Shown here piece after piece: positions 45,010 to 59,258 of a stretch of 64,000 nt of DNA. Made by a program: the position numbers and the translations under genes. Where the stretch lies: the NCBI RefSeq assembly GCF_009914755.1, contig NC_060933.1, one strand, 5' to 3'. The DNA is from the human T2T-CHM13v2.0 reference genome, Homo sapiens. The notes beneath the pieces are model-generated. The model ran no database searches. It was not told the origin of the DNA and was given only the letters and a program-made list of their open reading frames with translations. Every line of letters starts with the position of its first letter. The first letter of the stretch is position 1.

Positions 45010-46591
45010 GCTGCACTATGTAAAGAGATGGCCTTTGCCTCTTTTTCTTCCTATTCTTTTTTGTGTACCCAAACAAGCAAGGAAACACTGAGCAAACAGT
45101 ATAGTCCTCAGAGTTGAAAAGCTGCCTATTAGCTCGAACTGTTGCCATCGAGAGACTGATGTGGCAGAAATGTCTTGCTCTGTTTCCGAGGCTGCCGATC
45201 CGTTCACTTGGCAAACTCCAGAGAAACAAGGCCCAGCACGCCCCAGTTTAACAAAGTTGAATAAAAGGCCATTTCATCTCAGGGCTACTTAGTCCAAATC
45301 AAATAATGCCTAAGCTATTTGGTCCAAGCCAGCTCAAGTGCTCAGACATCATACAAGGCTTTCTTGGCTGAGAAGAAGCACCACCACCACCAGTCGCTGC
45401 ACACATTTAGCTTGTTCCTGCTGTTTTCACCAGCCTAACTTCCCAGCTGGAGTAGGTACCAAATTCAAAATCAAGCTTCACTGAGGACTATCACCTAGAC
45501 TCCCCTTGACCAATCACTCTACAGGTGCAAATTAATCCATTATGCGCTGTAATTTCCAAACAGTGGCATATCCATTTTACATAAGCAGGAAGACTTATAA
45601 TGTCACAGCACAAAATTATTCATATTTGTCTATAACTTTCCTTCAAATCCTCATTTTCTCCTATTTTTATTTAATGCAAAAAGCCATGTGATTTTCAGGG
45701 AAAGAAAAAAGTGATTCATTTCTGAAAACCTATAAGCCATAAAATCAAGGGCTCCACATCTGTTTGAGAAAGTCTGACAATTGTTTCTGAGATCTTCAGA
45801 ATTTCCTTTCATAAGGTAGCGAGGTATGGGAATCACCGCAATTTTGTGAGGTGTCATCAGACCAGGTTTAGTAGTTTTGTAGTTTCCCAATCAACTTGTT
45901 GATAAATCATGATTAACAATTCAGGAAACTCATATTAGACAATAGTAATTCAAATTAAGCTAAACCGGGGGAGGGCATGTAATTTATTTGGATTTGCAAT
46001 CTGTCTGTTGCAAGGAGCCAGAATCGTGCTGTGATTTGCCCTTCATGTGCAAAGCTCATTTTGCAAAATCCATCTTCCATAGAGAGGGAAAATCTCAACC
46101 CAGAGAATCTAGCCCATTAATACATTAATTCTTTAATACATCACTAACCAAACTAGCTTTTTGGTCATTTGTGACCAAAGGAGTTACAATGAGTGTGGAA
46201 GACTGGGACAGGAAAAGAGATATTCACTGGAATCAGGAAATAACAAGTTTACTACTTTTAACTTAGGAGGTTAGCAATGGAAAACCCATATTTAGGGAGA
46301 ACAGGCAAAAGGAAATAGAAGTCAGTACAATACATTCTATTCAATTCCACCTGGAATACTACTGATAAAAATCACGTATTAAATAACCTAGCCATTGTCA
46401 GCTTCTCGGATTCAATCTTGTACCAATCTACCCCTTGTTTGTTGTGTTTCAGCTATACTGGTCTTTTTCCTGTTTTTCAAAATGCCAACCCCTTCCGCCT
46501 GCCTGGATTGTTTTCTCACATCTTCAGATGCCTCACATTGTTTAATTCAAACCTCAAATATCACCTCTCACAGAAGCATTCTTTGACCACG

Positions 46592-46850
46592 ATATACTTT
46601 TATATATATATAATTTATATTTTATATAAATTATATATAATATAATTATATTATATAATTATATTATATAATATACAACATATAATATAGTATATAATAT
46701 ATAACATATTGTATTATATACTATATTATATAATTTATATATTATATATAAATTATATTATATGATATAATATAAAATTGTATAAAATATATGGTAATAT
46801 ATAATAAAAATATATAAATAATAAATATATGTATATAAAATAACATAATA
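46592..46850. repeat. AT-rich (TA)-derived low-complexity tract
   Basis: About 260 bp almost entirely A/T. Confidence 0.95.
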
Positions 46851-48828
46851 AGATAGTATCGGGATGCCCATCCTCTGGAGATTTACCATCTAATTTGAGA
46901 AATACATTGTGTAAGAGAAACAATACCTGTATGTATTGTACAAATGCCAAGAAGAGGCAGAAATAGAATAGTTCACAGGAGAAGCAATGACTTGCCTTAC
47001 CTTCTGAAGTCTCAGGCATTTCAGAATATACACCAATGAGCTTTCATGGCTGCATATAAGATTTTTATACTGGCAATCACTATGAGGCTGTCCCACAAAT
47101 TCCATCCTATTTGGGGTAATTTATCTGTACTCATGGTAACAGATAAGATGTTGTATAAATGCTGAGCAACTTCAGGAAAGTGGAAATATTACTAGCGTAG
47201 GCTCTCAGTTTGGAGGGTACAGAAGAAGGCCTTCAAAATTCAACTGCTGGACTTCAATGTACAAAAAAACTACAACTCCAGAATTACAGAATGTGTCATT
47301 TACTCAGAAAAAAAAAAAAAGCCTGGACTATTAATGCTATAATACAATTGATATACAGCCATGCACTGTATATATCAATTGAATAAGATATTTTGTTTCT
47401 CACAGCAGCAACATAAGACCTATACATGTGTTATTTTCATTAACCCATTTAATAAATGAGGAAATGGTAATTAGAGAGGCTAAGCAATGCGCCCGATGTC
47501 ACATACGCAGTAACAGCTGGAATTTGGATTTTGGAAGCAGCTACTGTAAAATTGAGGTAGCAATTCTTATTAAACCCTTGCTCAGTTTGCTCAGATATTT
47601 ACAGGTATTACAAAATACAGGTACCAATGAGCCTGAACTTAAACTTCTAGAGGGCAGCAGATCTGTGTTAACTACCCCTTATCAATTTAGAATTGGACTC
47701 AGTCACAGAAAATACTACATATTAAATATTTTTAAAATGTTAAATATTTTTTGTTGGCTTGATGGAAGTTTTACAACATTTGCTTTCTTAAAGTCAAGGT
47801 TTTCCCCATTATTCCTTGCTCTAAACCCCGATATTAAATTTATATTAAATATATTTTTAACTTATAATATTTAATATCATAATTATGATATTAAAACAAA
47901 AGATACCTTAGTGAATAGAAGGAGAAGGCATGTTAGCATCTCATAATATTGTCTACGATAAACGCTATTTTCTGGATGTAGAGCTAAAACTGTTCGATTA
48001 TTAACAAAATTATAATGTACTGTTTACACATAGCATTATTTTTCATATGTGTATATATACACATACACATATGTGCACATGTGTATATACAGGGAGACAA
48101 ACAGACAAAGTTCATCTGAGTATGACAGAAAGTTCCCTATTGAAAAATATATACGTTTTGCTTCTAGTAGCATAGCAGACTAGTTTTACACATGCACACA
48201 CAAAAACCACACAAACACACATACCAACTCAGTAACAAGGAAGAACTAAAAATGGTGGAACTTTTTAAAAGGCATTTTCACACAGAGCTGAGTTATTAGG
48301 GAAATGAGGAGAATTCCTTGGAGGCCAGAAATGACAAAGGGTGGACACAGAGAGGTACACAGCACTGAAGCCAGTGTTTACTCTGGGTACATCAGCCAAT
48401 CCTGAGTTGACTCAGAGTCTAGATTTTTAAAGAAAATCAAAGAAAAAAGTTGAGGGCCCAACAGATAGGCAGTCAGACAGAAGACCTGCAGATATGAAAC
48501 TGGAAGCTCCCAATGGTTGAGCTACAAAAATAAAACCTCCTGTAGAGAGAGACAGTGGGGCATGCATATCTCCTTGGTTTTGACTCTAGGTGGAAATAGG
48601 GGGGAAAAAAAATTCCCAAGACTTTCTAACTGCAAGTCCAGTTGTGTTTTGGGAGAACACAATTTACACAATGTAACTGGCTCAACAGTCCCTCATATAC
48701 ACATTTATTTTAAAGATGTAATGGACGTGTAGCACCTCTAATGCCACACACAAAGCAAATTCAAATCCTCTCTGGAAGAACACACTTTAACACTTAAAAA
48801 GGCATCACAAAATATGTAACAAAACAGT

Positions 48829-48852
48829 GAGAGAGAGAGAGAGAGAGAGAGA
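48829..48852. repeat. (GA)n microsatellite
   Basis: Direct reading. Confidence 0.9.
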
Positions 48853-49177
48853 CAGCAGAAAACGCTAACTGCAGGATTTATCTTGCAAACCCCACAAATA
48901 TTTAGTATCTATAAATGCACTTAAAGAAATTAAAGATGATACTGAGAGTATGTCAAAGGAAAAAGAAACCATCAAAAATTGACCTCAACGTTTTAAAAAG
49001 GAAAGCAATAAAACTTCTAGAGATAAAGCCTATAGTAGAAATCAGAACCTCCATAAATGCATTGAACAGATGAAGCACACCTGAGGAAAAGTTTGTGCAC
49101 TTAAAGATACAGCTGAAGAAATTATTCCAAATGTAGCACTGAGGAGCAAGGAGATACAAAATATAAAACAGAAGCTC

Positions 49178-49546
49178 AAGTTCTAGTGTTCAATAGTACA
49201 GTAGGAAAATCATAGTTAACAATAATATATTGTATGTTTCAAAATAGCTAGATAGGGTCAAGCACAGTGGCTCACGCCTGTAATCCCAACATTGTGGGAG
49301 GCCAAGGTGGGCATATCACTTGAGGTCTGGAGTTTGAGACCAGCCTGGCCAACATGGTGAAATGTCGTCTCTACTAAAAATACAAAAATTAGCCAGGCCT
49401 GGTGGCTCATGCTTGTAATCCCAGCTACTCGGGAGGCTGAGGCAAGAGAATTGCTTGAACTCAGGAGGTGGAGGTTGCAGTGAGTTAAGAGTTAAGATGG
49501 TGCCAACTGCACTCCAGCCTGGGTGACAGAGCAAGACTCTGTCTCA

Positions 49547-49579
<33 letters not shown>

Positions 49580-49760
49580 ATAAGAACTAGATAAGAATTG
49601 AAATATTCCCAACACAAAGAAAAGATAAATGTTTGATGTGATGGGTATCTCATTTACCCTGATTTGATCATTATATATTATGTTCTTGTATCAAAGTATC
49701 ACATGTACCCCCAAAATATGTACAACTATGATATGTCAGTTTAAAAAGTACAAAAAAAAG
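49178..49760 (+). mobile_element. L1MA 3' UTR fragment nested in the L1M ORF1
   Basis: aagttctagtgttcaatag...ttaccctgatttgatcatt...cacatgtacccccaaaatatgtacaac; aagctca on both sides. Confidence 0.8.
49256..49573 (+). mobile_element. AluS nested in L1MA
   Basis: Full dimer, long poly(A), TSD agctagata. Confidence 0.95.
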
Positions 49761-50768
49761 GAGAGAAGCTCAGAGGCTGGAGAACAGAATGAGAAAATGA
49801 AAGATATATCTATTCAAAGTTCACAAAAGAGAAGACATGATGGGGCATAGGTGATACGTGAAAAGGTAATGTGACGCACTCTTTTTCAGAACTGATAAGA
49901 TACCGGGTTATATATTTAAGCAGTCTAAGATAGTACAGGAATAAATAAGAAGAAACTCACCAATATATCGTAATGTAATTCAGAATACCAAAAAAAGAAA
50001 GATATTAAAATTGGCAAAAAAGAGACCTACAAATGAAAAAGAATTATATTGAATATTGATTTCTGTTTGCAATACTTGAAACCAGTATTTGGAATAATAC
50101 GTTTTAAATACTGAGAAAGAAATAGTTCCAATAATTGAATGTCCAATAGAATGAGGGTAGAACAAAGATATTTTCAGACCAACAGTAACAGAGTTTAGAA
50201 ATAGGAGACTCTCTAAAGAGCTTTCTAAAGGATATATGTTAGAAAAAAATTACCTCAAAAGGAACATATAAAATTCAAGAAATGATGGACAAGAATAATG
50301 TATAGACACATGCTCAAAATAATATAGAAAAATAAAACAGGTCTCATTTATAGAGTTAGAGTAATCAAGATATTGCTAAAATCCAAGACAATTATACAAG
50401 TCAGGAAGAAAGTAATTCACGTCAAATCATCCTAAAACCCTTATATTGTTTGGCAAGAGGTAAATGTATTAGGTTTTGTTAAATATGCTTATTAAACTGT
50501 ATAGGACCTAAAAGAATGACATAAGTGTATAAAATCTAAACTAATGGAGAAGAATGGAAAGAGAAAAAAGTTGAAAAAGGCAAGGAAAAAAGAAAACAGC
50601 ACAAGCAATATATTAGAAATGAAGACAGATATATCAGCAATAATCAATGTAAATGAACTAAACTCTAAAAACACAGATGATATTTGATTCAAAAAGATAA
50701 AATCCAAATATATACTATTAACGAAGACACAAACATTTAAAAGAGAAAAGACTATTAAATAAAACTTA

Positions 50769-51182
50769 TGTGAGGCCATTATTTGGAATTGAGCTCCTGT
50801 ACCAGGCCTCAGCAGACCAAACCAAAATGGAGACAGTCTTGTCAAGTGCCACATAATTAAACTGAAATCTTAAAATACAGGAAAATCCCCAAACATACCA
50901 GTTTTTCCAAAATTGGGAGATTCACAACAATCAGTCAGAAGAGGCCCAGTGTACCTGAGCCAGCATAACAAGGAAGTAACCTCTGCTTTAACCCTTGCAA
51001 GGAAAGTAACCTGATGTTAACCTTTCTCCTTTCTCATATTGTACTTTCCTTAGTTCTGGCTCAAAACCAACTGTTTTGCCAGCAGTGCTCTTTCTATTTT
51101 GTAGATTAGACATTGCCTGATTCATGAATTGCTCATAAAAGCCAATTAGATCTTTAATTTGTCAAAAGTATATTCTTTGACA
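50769..51182 (+). mobile_element. ERV1-type solo LTR (MER34/MER39-like) nested in L1M
   Basis: tg...ca ends, cagaccaaaccaaaatggag motif, composition shift relative to the flanking L1. Confidence 0.6.
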
Positions 51183-54100
51183 ATAGAAAAGATTTATTAG
51201 CCAAATATTAGCTGAATCAAGCTAATCACTACTCATCAAAATAGACCCTAAGGCAAAAATATTAGCAGAGGTAAAAGAAAGTCATTACCTATTGATAAGT
51301 TATTTAATTTACCAAGAATATGTAGTATTTTCAAATGTATATGACCCTACAAAAGAAAAAATAATACAGATACAAAAAACAATTACAAATCTGCCCTCAT
51401 AGTGGAAGTTCTGATACACTGATAATTGATATTATAAAGCAATCAAAAAGAAATTATTGAAATTAGAAACGACTTGAGTAACAGAATCAGAAGCTTGACC
51501 TGATGGACAAATAAATCCTGAAACCAGTAACAGAAGACTTCATATTTTTCTCAAGTTCAGATGGGACATTTAGGAAAATGATTGCAAATTAGAACATAAA
51601 GCAAATCTCATCCTGTTTTAGATAATCAATGTCATGTAGATCATGTTCTTTTACTACAACAATTAAGTCAGAAACAAATAATGAAAGACGGAAAAAGGAG
51701 GAGAAAGACAAGAAGAGCAGGCAGAATAAGGAGGAAGAAGATAGAAACAACAGAAATTAAAGAAATCCACTTCTAAAGAGCGCATGTAAAAGTAAAGCAT
51801 AATGAAAATGAATAAACATTGAAAACCTGGCGAATGCTGATGAACACACAGTACCTCGAAAGTTGAAAACCGCACTTAGAAGAAAGGTAGATAATGCATA
51901 CACACATACACAGGGCTAAAGTAGGCTGAGGAGTCCATTTAAAAGGAGAATTGTATTTTAACAAGCTATCAGAAAAAAATAACAATCAAAAGCTGAAATA
52001 GATGAGAAAAAAGAATAGAAAACAGAAAAGAAGATGTGAGAGAATTAACAGAGTTAATCTGTTTTTAATGGCTAAAAAACTTGAGCAGTCTCTAAAAAAT
52101 ACTGATTTTTTTATAGAGGGAGGAATAAACAATATCAGAAATGAAAAGTAATAAAAGATAATATAAACAATAAACTATGAAAATATGGTAAAAAGAACAT
52201 TCTTAGAAATGTGTGAATTATTAAAAGTGACTTAAGTCAGTATTACTATCAGTCTGTTAAGAAGAGATTGGAGAAATAGAAAATTAGAATAATCCTAATA
52301 ATGTTTTTTAAAAAAATAAGTTAGCTGTTGAAGATTTTCCAAAGCAAATATCATACCTAGAGCATTTTACCAGCAAGTTCTATGAACCTTCAAGGAATCA
52401 ATAACCTCGATATATTACTACAATTTCTATGGAACAGAAAGGGGAGAAATACTTCTACAAATTTTTTACAAGTCTAACTTTTGATACTGACACCAAAGAG
52501 ACACCAGAAATGAAAAATAACAGGCCAATCCTAATCATTCACATATCAGTGAATGATTATATATTGTCATTCAACTAAAATTGCAAATCAAACACAGCAA
52601 TGCCCAAAAAAGCAAATACAAAATGACGAAATTGTGTTTATCTCAAGAATATAAAGTTGGTTGAACATCAGAATCCAGAAATGTAAGTCAACACAGCTAC
52701 AGTTCAAAGAAAGAAAAGTCTACATATTCATCTCAATATATTTGGTAAAAAGTGTTCTTTAACATTCAGCATCACTTCATAATAAAAACTTTTTAAAAAC
52801 AGTAAATAAAATACAACTTCATCTTGATAAAGGGTATCTACAAAAAAAAACCTTACAGCAATTATCTTTTCAATAATGAAATATTAAAATTATTCCCTTT
52901 GAAATGACACACAAAAAATGCCCACTATCACTTCCTTACAACATTAACTTTGATTGTGAGTCAATGCAGTAAGTCTAGATAAAAGATAACACATAAATGG
53001 CTTGTAAATAAAGAAATAAAACATCCATTATTCACGGACATTTTATGCATAGAAAACTTAAGCATTTCCAAATTATTAAAATAAAGTACACCACTTTTAA
53101 ATACAACAAATTAGAAAAATGCAATTTTAAAATATATCCTTTACAAATAAAAAAGGTTGGTGGTACCTAAGAATAAATCTAATATTAAGATGTGCAAATC
53201 CTTTACGTAGAAAGTTCAAAATTTTATTGAAAGACTCTAAGAGAGACCTAAATAAATGGAGAGATATATTACATTTGTGGAAAAAAAAAAAGCTCAATAT
53301 TGTAAAGGTATCAATCTTCTCCCCCAAATTGATCTATACTTTTAATGCAATTTCAGTAAAAATCCCAAGGATGTTTCAAATAACTTGACAGAATAATTCC
53401 AAATATTTTCATGTAGGAGTAAAGGACTAAGGATATCTTGAAAATATATCCCTACCAGTTATTAAGACTTATTATAAAACTATAACAATGATATTGTCTT
53501 AAGGATAAACAAATAAGCCAATGGAATGAGAGAGAACCAGACACAGACTCATGCATACGTAGAGACTCCATATAAGATAGAGGTGGTATTGCATACCTGC
53601 GAGGAATGGATTTCTCAATAATTATCCAGAATAATTACAAATCCATATAAAACACAATACAACACTGCTTCCTTCTTGGAATAAATGCAAAAATCTCTTC
53701 CAAGACTTTAATGTGAAGAGTAAGATCTTTGAGAAAATGTAGGCGATTATCTTTATGATATCATAATAAAGAATATTTTATGTACCAATTTTCTAAAAAA
53801 GAAAACTATTGATAAATTCAATTTTGTTAAAATGTAAAACTTCTGTTTATCAAGAGGAACCATGAAATGATAATCCAAAAACAGAGAAAATATTTGCTGT
53901 ATATATAACAAACAAAACTGCACCTAGAATATGTAAAAAGAACTCCTATAAATCCATAAGACAAAAACAAAAAATCTAATAGAAAAACACACAAACATTT
54001 CCCAGAAGAGGAAATGGGAATGCCAAATAAACATATGACATGATGCTCAGACTCTTTAGTAAGCAAGGAAATGCAAATTAAAATCTCAAGGAGATACCAT

Positions 54101-55223
54101 TTCACACCTGCCAGACTGGCAAAATTTAAAAAGCCTGACAATCTTCTTGACAATATTGAGGAGGATATAAAGCTCCATGAATTTTTATGTACCACTGAAG
54201 GAAAATGTAATTTGATATAATCACTTTGGGAAACAACTTGGTATTGTATAGTAGAGTTGAATATGAGAATATTCAATGACCAAGTATAAACCTATGACTA
54301 ATTCTAAGTGTAAACCCCAGAAAAACTCTTGCACAGGTGTACTAGGAGACATGAGAAAATGTCCACAAAAACATCAGTCATTATAGCAAAAAACCCTAAG
54401 CTCAGATATTCATCAACAAGATGACAGAGCATTAAATTGTGATTTACTCACACAATCGAATTCTGTATCAAAGTGAGCACGATTGATTCTGAGTATGTTC
54501 ATCAATATGGATGAATCTCAAAGCAAAAAACAAATCACAAAACAATATACCTAATATGATTCCATTTATATGAAATGGACAAAAACAGGCAAAACAAAAC
54601 TTACATTATTTAGGGACATAAAGAAAAGGAAATGATTAATACCAAATTTAGATGTAATTATCTCTGTAAGAGGAGAGTACACAGGAAATGTCAAGGATAC
54701 TGATCATGTTCTATTTTTATAACCTGGATATTAAAAATAGAGGTGTTTATTTAATGCTATTCTTTATGCTCTTGTTACACACACCTTTGTACATGTGATA
54801 TATCTCATAATACTTTTTGCAAAATGCATAACTGTATGAGCAATATAGGTCTCTCAATATAAACCTTGCTGATTCATTATGCAAATAACATGAAGCTCAG
54901 CAAGGTAGGAGGTATTCATTCAAGGGAGATGATAATGGTCAGTATTTTCAAAGCCTGTGAATAGAAATTAAAAATTATGGAGTTACAATAGACAGTACTA
55001 TTGTAGAATGAGAGCTCATGCCGAATGTTGAATATTAGAAGGCTTGAAAAAAATACAAGTGATTAACTATGATAAAAGATTTGTTTTAAATGATCATAGG
55101 AGAGTAAATTAACTCCATCATGGTTTGAAATCTATTTTGGCTTCCTTTTTTTTTTTTTAACAAAAGTATAACTTATCTTATAAAGTATGAACATGTATCT
55201 AAAGTCTCTGAAATTTAAATGCT

Positions 55224-55576
<353 letters not shown>

Positions 55577-55874
55577 TCAACATAGTGACAGAACTCTTCC
55601 TGGACCAAAGGCATTGAGATCCAGGCTCCAGCCCTGACTCTGCTTCTTCTTCATCCTCTCTAGATTTTAGGGGAGTCGATACATTCTCTTTCCTAAAGCC
55701 TTAGAGGTGTATAGGAAAATGTTTGTGAAAATGGTACAAAAATACTAAGAAATACTAAGTATAGATGCTCAACAGCTTTCGTGTGCTAAGCTCTGGACTC
55801 TGCTGCTTTACATACAGTTTCTCTTTTAATCTTCAAAACAAACTGGTGAGACAAGTACTATTTGGCTCTTAAAA

Positions 55875-56620
55875 GACTCCATTCAGTCACTAAATATACA
55901 TTGAAATGAAAATAAGAGATTATTATTCTAGATGCCTGTGAATGATATTAACAAGGTCCCTACCCCCTTGCAGCTTCATATTCTGCTAGGAAGACGGAAA
56001 AATAATAAACAAGTAGACAAAAAATCCAGATAGAGTGTGTTGGAGGCTACTTTTTCCTAGGGCAATGGAGGATTTCCTCTCTAAGAATGTAACATTTGAC
56101 CTAGACTAGAATACAAAGAAGGGATCAGCCTTATGAAGATCTTGGGAAGAAATCCCACCAGTTAAATGAACATAAATGCAAAACAGCAAGGAGAGAACAA
56201 GGTGTGTGTGTTTGGCCAGGTTGACCAAAGTACCATGAATGGGGCCTCATGAGATTAAGGAGGGCAGGAGGAAACTCTGAAGGTTACAGTTAGATGCTTG
56301 AATTTTATTCTAATGCACTTGAGCCCTAGGCAAATTATCTGATATATTTTTAAACTAGCACTCTATCTGCTACTGATAAAAGGACTATGGGAAACGACGG
56401 ACCATTAGAAGATTGCTACAAGACCCAACAGACTAGACGGCGGGGGTTCACACTGAGATGGTAGCAATAAAAAGAAAGAGCTGGTTTTTAGATACATTTT
56501 GAAAGTAGAAGAGAAAGAACTTACTAATTGAGCTCATAAGTTTTGGGCATCTACTACTGCTGAAGGGTAATGCCATTATTGAACATGAGAAACACTGCAG
56601 AAAGAAGATTTAAAGCGATG
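55875..56620 (-). mobile_element. L2 fragment
   Basis: gtaacatttgacctagac...cagccttatgaagatcttggg...ttgaattttattctaa...tttagatacattttgaa. Confidence 0.65.
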
Positions 56621-56628
56621 AAAATTGA

Positions 56629-56934
<306 letters not shown>

Positions 56935-57525
56935 TAATAGTATAATGGTTGTGAAGAACTCACGATATGCTGGGCCCTCTTCCTGATCTGAGCCCTAAGA
57001 TGTAAGTGCTATTATCATGCTCATTTACTTGATGATAGATGTATTAGTCCATTCTCATGCTGCTATAAACAACTGCCTGAGACTGGATAATTTAGAAACG
57101 AAAGTGGTTTAATTGACTCACAGTTCTGCCAGCCTGGGGAGGCCTCAGGAAACTTACAATAATGGTGGAAGGGGAAGCAAACACGTCCTTCTTCACATGG
57201 TGGCAGTAAGGAGAATGAGATCGGAATGAAGGAGGAAGCCCTTTAAAAAACCATCAGATCTCATGAAAACTTACTATCACAAGACTAGCATAGGAGAAAC
57301 TGCTCCCATGATTCAATTACCTCCCACTGGGTCCCTCCCACTACATGTGGGGATTATGGGAACTACAATTCAAGATGAGATATGGGTTGGGACACAGCCA
57401 AAACATATCAATAGAAAATGAAGCACCAAGTTCCTTCAGTTGCCCCAGGTCTCATGGCTAGTAAGCGGCAGAAGCAGAGTTTGAATCCAAGCAGTCTTAG
57501 CTCCATATTCCTTCTCTTGACCACT
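56935..57525 (-). mobile_element. MIR split by the THE1 LTR
   Basis: gtaagtgctattatc...cattt before the LTR and ctagtaagcggcagaagcagagtttgaatcc after it. Confidence 0.65.
57040..57410 (-). mobile_element. THE1 (MaLR) solo LTR
   Basis: tgtattagtccattctca...gggacacagccaaaacatatca; perfect 5-bp TSD ataga at 57035-57039 and 57411-57415. Confidence 0.93.
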
Positions 57526-59117
57526 TGACTGCCCAATTTCACAGTTTCCTTAGCATGCCTGTAATGTAATTGACCCTTATGGACAATAAAAGGTGAACGG
57601 CTCATAGCTCAGCAGACTTAAAGAGGTGATTACCAACTCATACTGGTCTCTTAAATTGTACTTTATAAACATAGCATCAAAATGTTTACAGTTGGAATTT
57701 AGAGGTACTCTAGTCTAAAATCTGTGGGAAGGTGAGTAGTCCACAGCATGCCAGTAAACTCTGCCACCAGAAAAAAAAAAAAGTTCCTCTAGTAAACTGA
57801 GTCAAATCTAAACATTACTATTTACTGCAGGATATCTTAAGTCTTTAATGGGGTGTCACTATAAATATCAGAGCAGAATATAAGATATATTCGACCTTGT
57901 TTGATCTGGAAATCTTTAACGTTTGTTTTTGCTGCTTGTTTGTTTTGCTTCTCATCAGGAAGTATAATCCATACATCTGGTTGGGTCAATCCAACATTTC
58001 CTTATTATGAAGATCAATAAACTCATGCACTGAGATATTTGTCTAAGCTCAAGGGATGAATATGGTCCTGGGCACAGTAAAAGCTGATTAAAATCTGATT
58101 CCCCAAATTATCATGGCACAAGGAAGGACATTCAAAATAATCTGGTCTTTTTTTTTTTTACATATATGAAGATATAAAAATTTATGGTTTTATACATTTG
58201 TTCAGCAGCAGTATATAATCAATATGGTACTTCACTAATCCCATTAATTATACCATCATCTACTTTTTAAAAAAAATCTGTTTCTCACAATAATAGGAAT
58301 TTAGAGTCCAAACAGATGCCCCATCACTGCTTGGCCAGGGTCCAAGAGCAAACTGCAGGTAGCAACACAGGAGACACCTTCTAATGTCACCTCCACACTC
58401 TCTCTCAATCTCTCTCTAGCTCAAAACAGGCCTCCTTCAGAGTACTTGCGTCACTAGGCAAATGTGCTTTCACCTGCAGAATAAATCTCAGTATTTTTAT
58501 GAAACCCTCTTTTATAAGGAAAAAGACACCAAATCAAAAACTAACATGGGAATAAGAACCAGTTCAACTTATAGCTGACATCGTCCTACTTTCCTAGATA
58601 AGAGAATCAACTCTGTATTTTATTCCTCTCATTTCCAGGAAGGTAATACTAGATAAATCTTTGTCTAAAATAAAGGATAAAAAAAGAGACTGCTGAATTT
58701 AATTTTTTAATGTTGAACCTAGAAAACATTTTTTCTACTCAAGATCAGAACTTTCTAGTGCACACCTTCTGAACGATGAAAACCATTGATTGTGCTTGCA
58801 GAGTACAGTCTAAGATAGATGCCAAGAGGTCTGACTGCATTCTCTTTGCAACTGACTAGGTGAAATACCTTAAGTAAACCAAAGAACATTAGGACTCTTT
58901 AGATTATTAAGGCTGTCCAATTCTAAGTCTGCATGTGTTTTGATTGAGATGAACAAAATCATGTATTTATTTTAATCACCCAAAATTGACCTAAGACTTA
59001 ACTCTGTGCCCAGTGTTGTGGTAAATGCTAGTGTGTGTTAATCTCTTAATTCTAACAACTCTCCTACTATATCTGTATTAATATTCTCCCAATCTTACAA
59101 ATGAGGGAATTGAAACT

Positions 59118-59258
59118 GAGAAAGGAAAAAGAAAAAATAGGAAGTTAGGAGGAAGAAGGAAAATAAAAGAGAAAAAGATGAAGGAAGGGAGGAAGGAAGG
59201 GAGAAAAAAGAAAAGGAAGGAAGGAGAGGGGAGGGAGGGAAGGAAGGAGGGAAGAGAA
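59118..59258. repeat. GA-rich (GGAA/GGGA)n simple repeat
   Basis: gaaggaagggaggaaggaaggg...gagggagggaaggaagg. Confidence 0.9.

Larger units (their letters stand above)
48200..54810 (+). mobile_element. Near full-length ancient L1M (L1ME-like) with nested insertions
   Basis: Decayed ORF1 (aaacttctagagataaa, gaagaaattattccaaatgtagcac), ORF2 (gaaatgcaaattaaaa...gagataccatttcacacc) and L1ME-type 3' UTR; 5' boundary uncertain. Confidence 0.75.

Noticed and set aside
47428-47874. 148-aa ORF
   Set aside because: Overlaps MIR/L2-like and AT-rich sequence, non-ATG start, no recognisable domain
53827-54276. 149-aa hydrophobic ORF
   Set aside because: Antisense reading of A-rich decayed L1 ORF2
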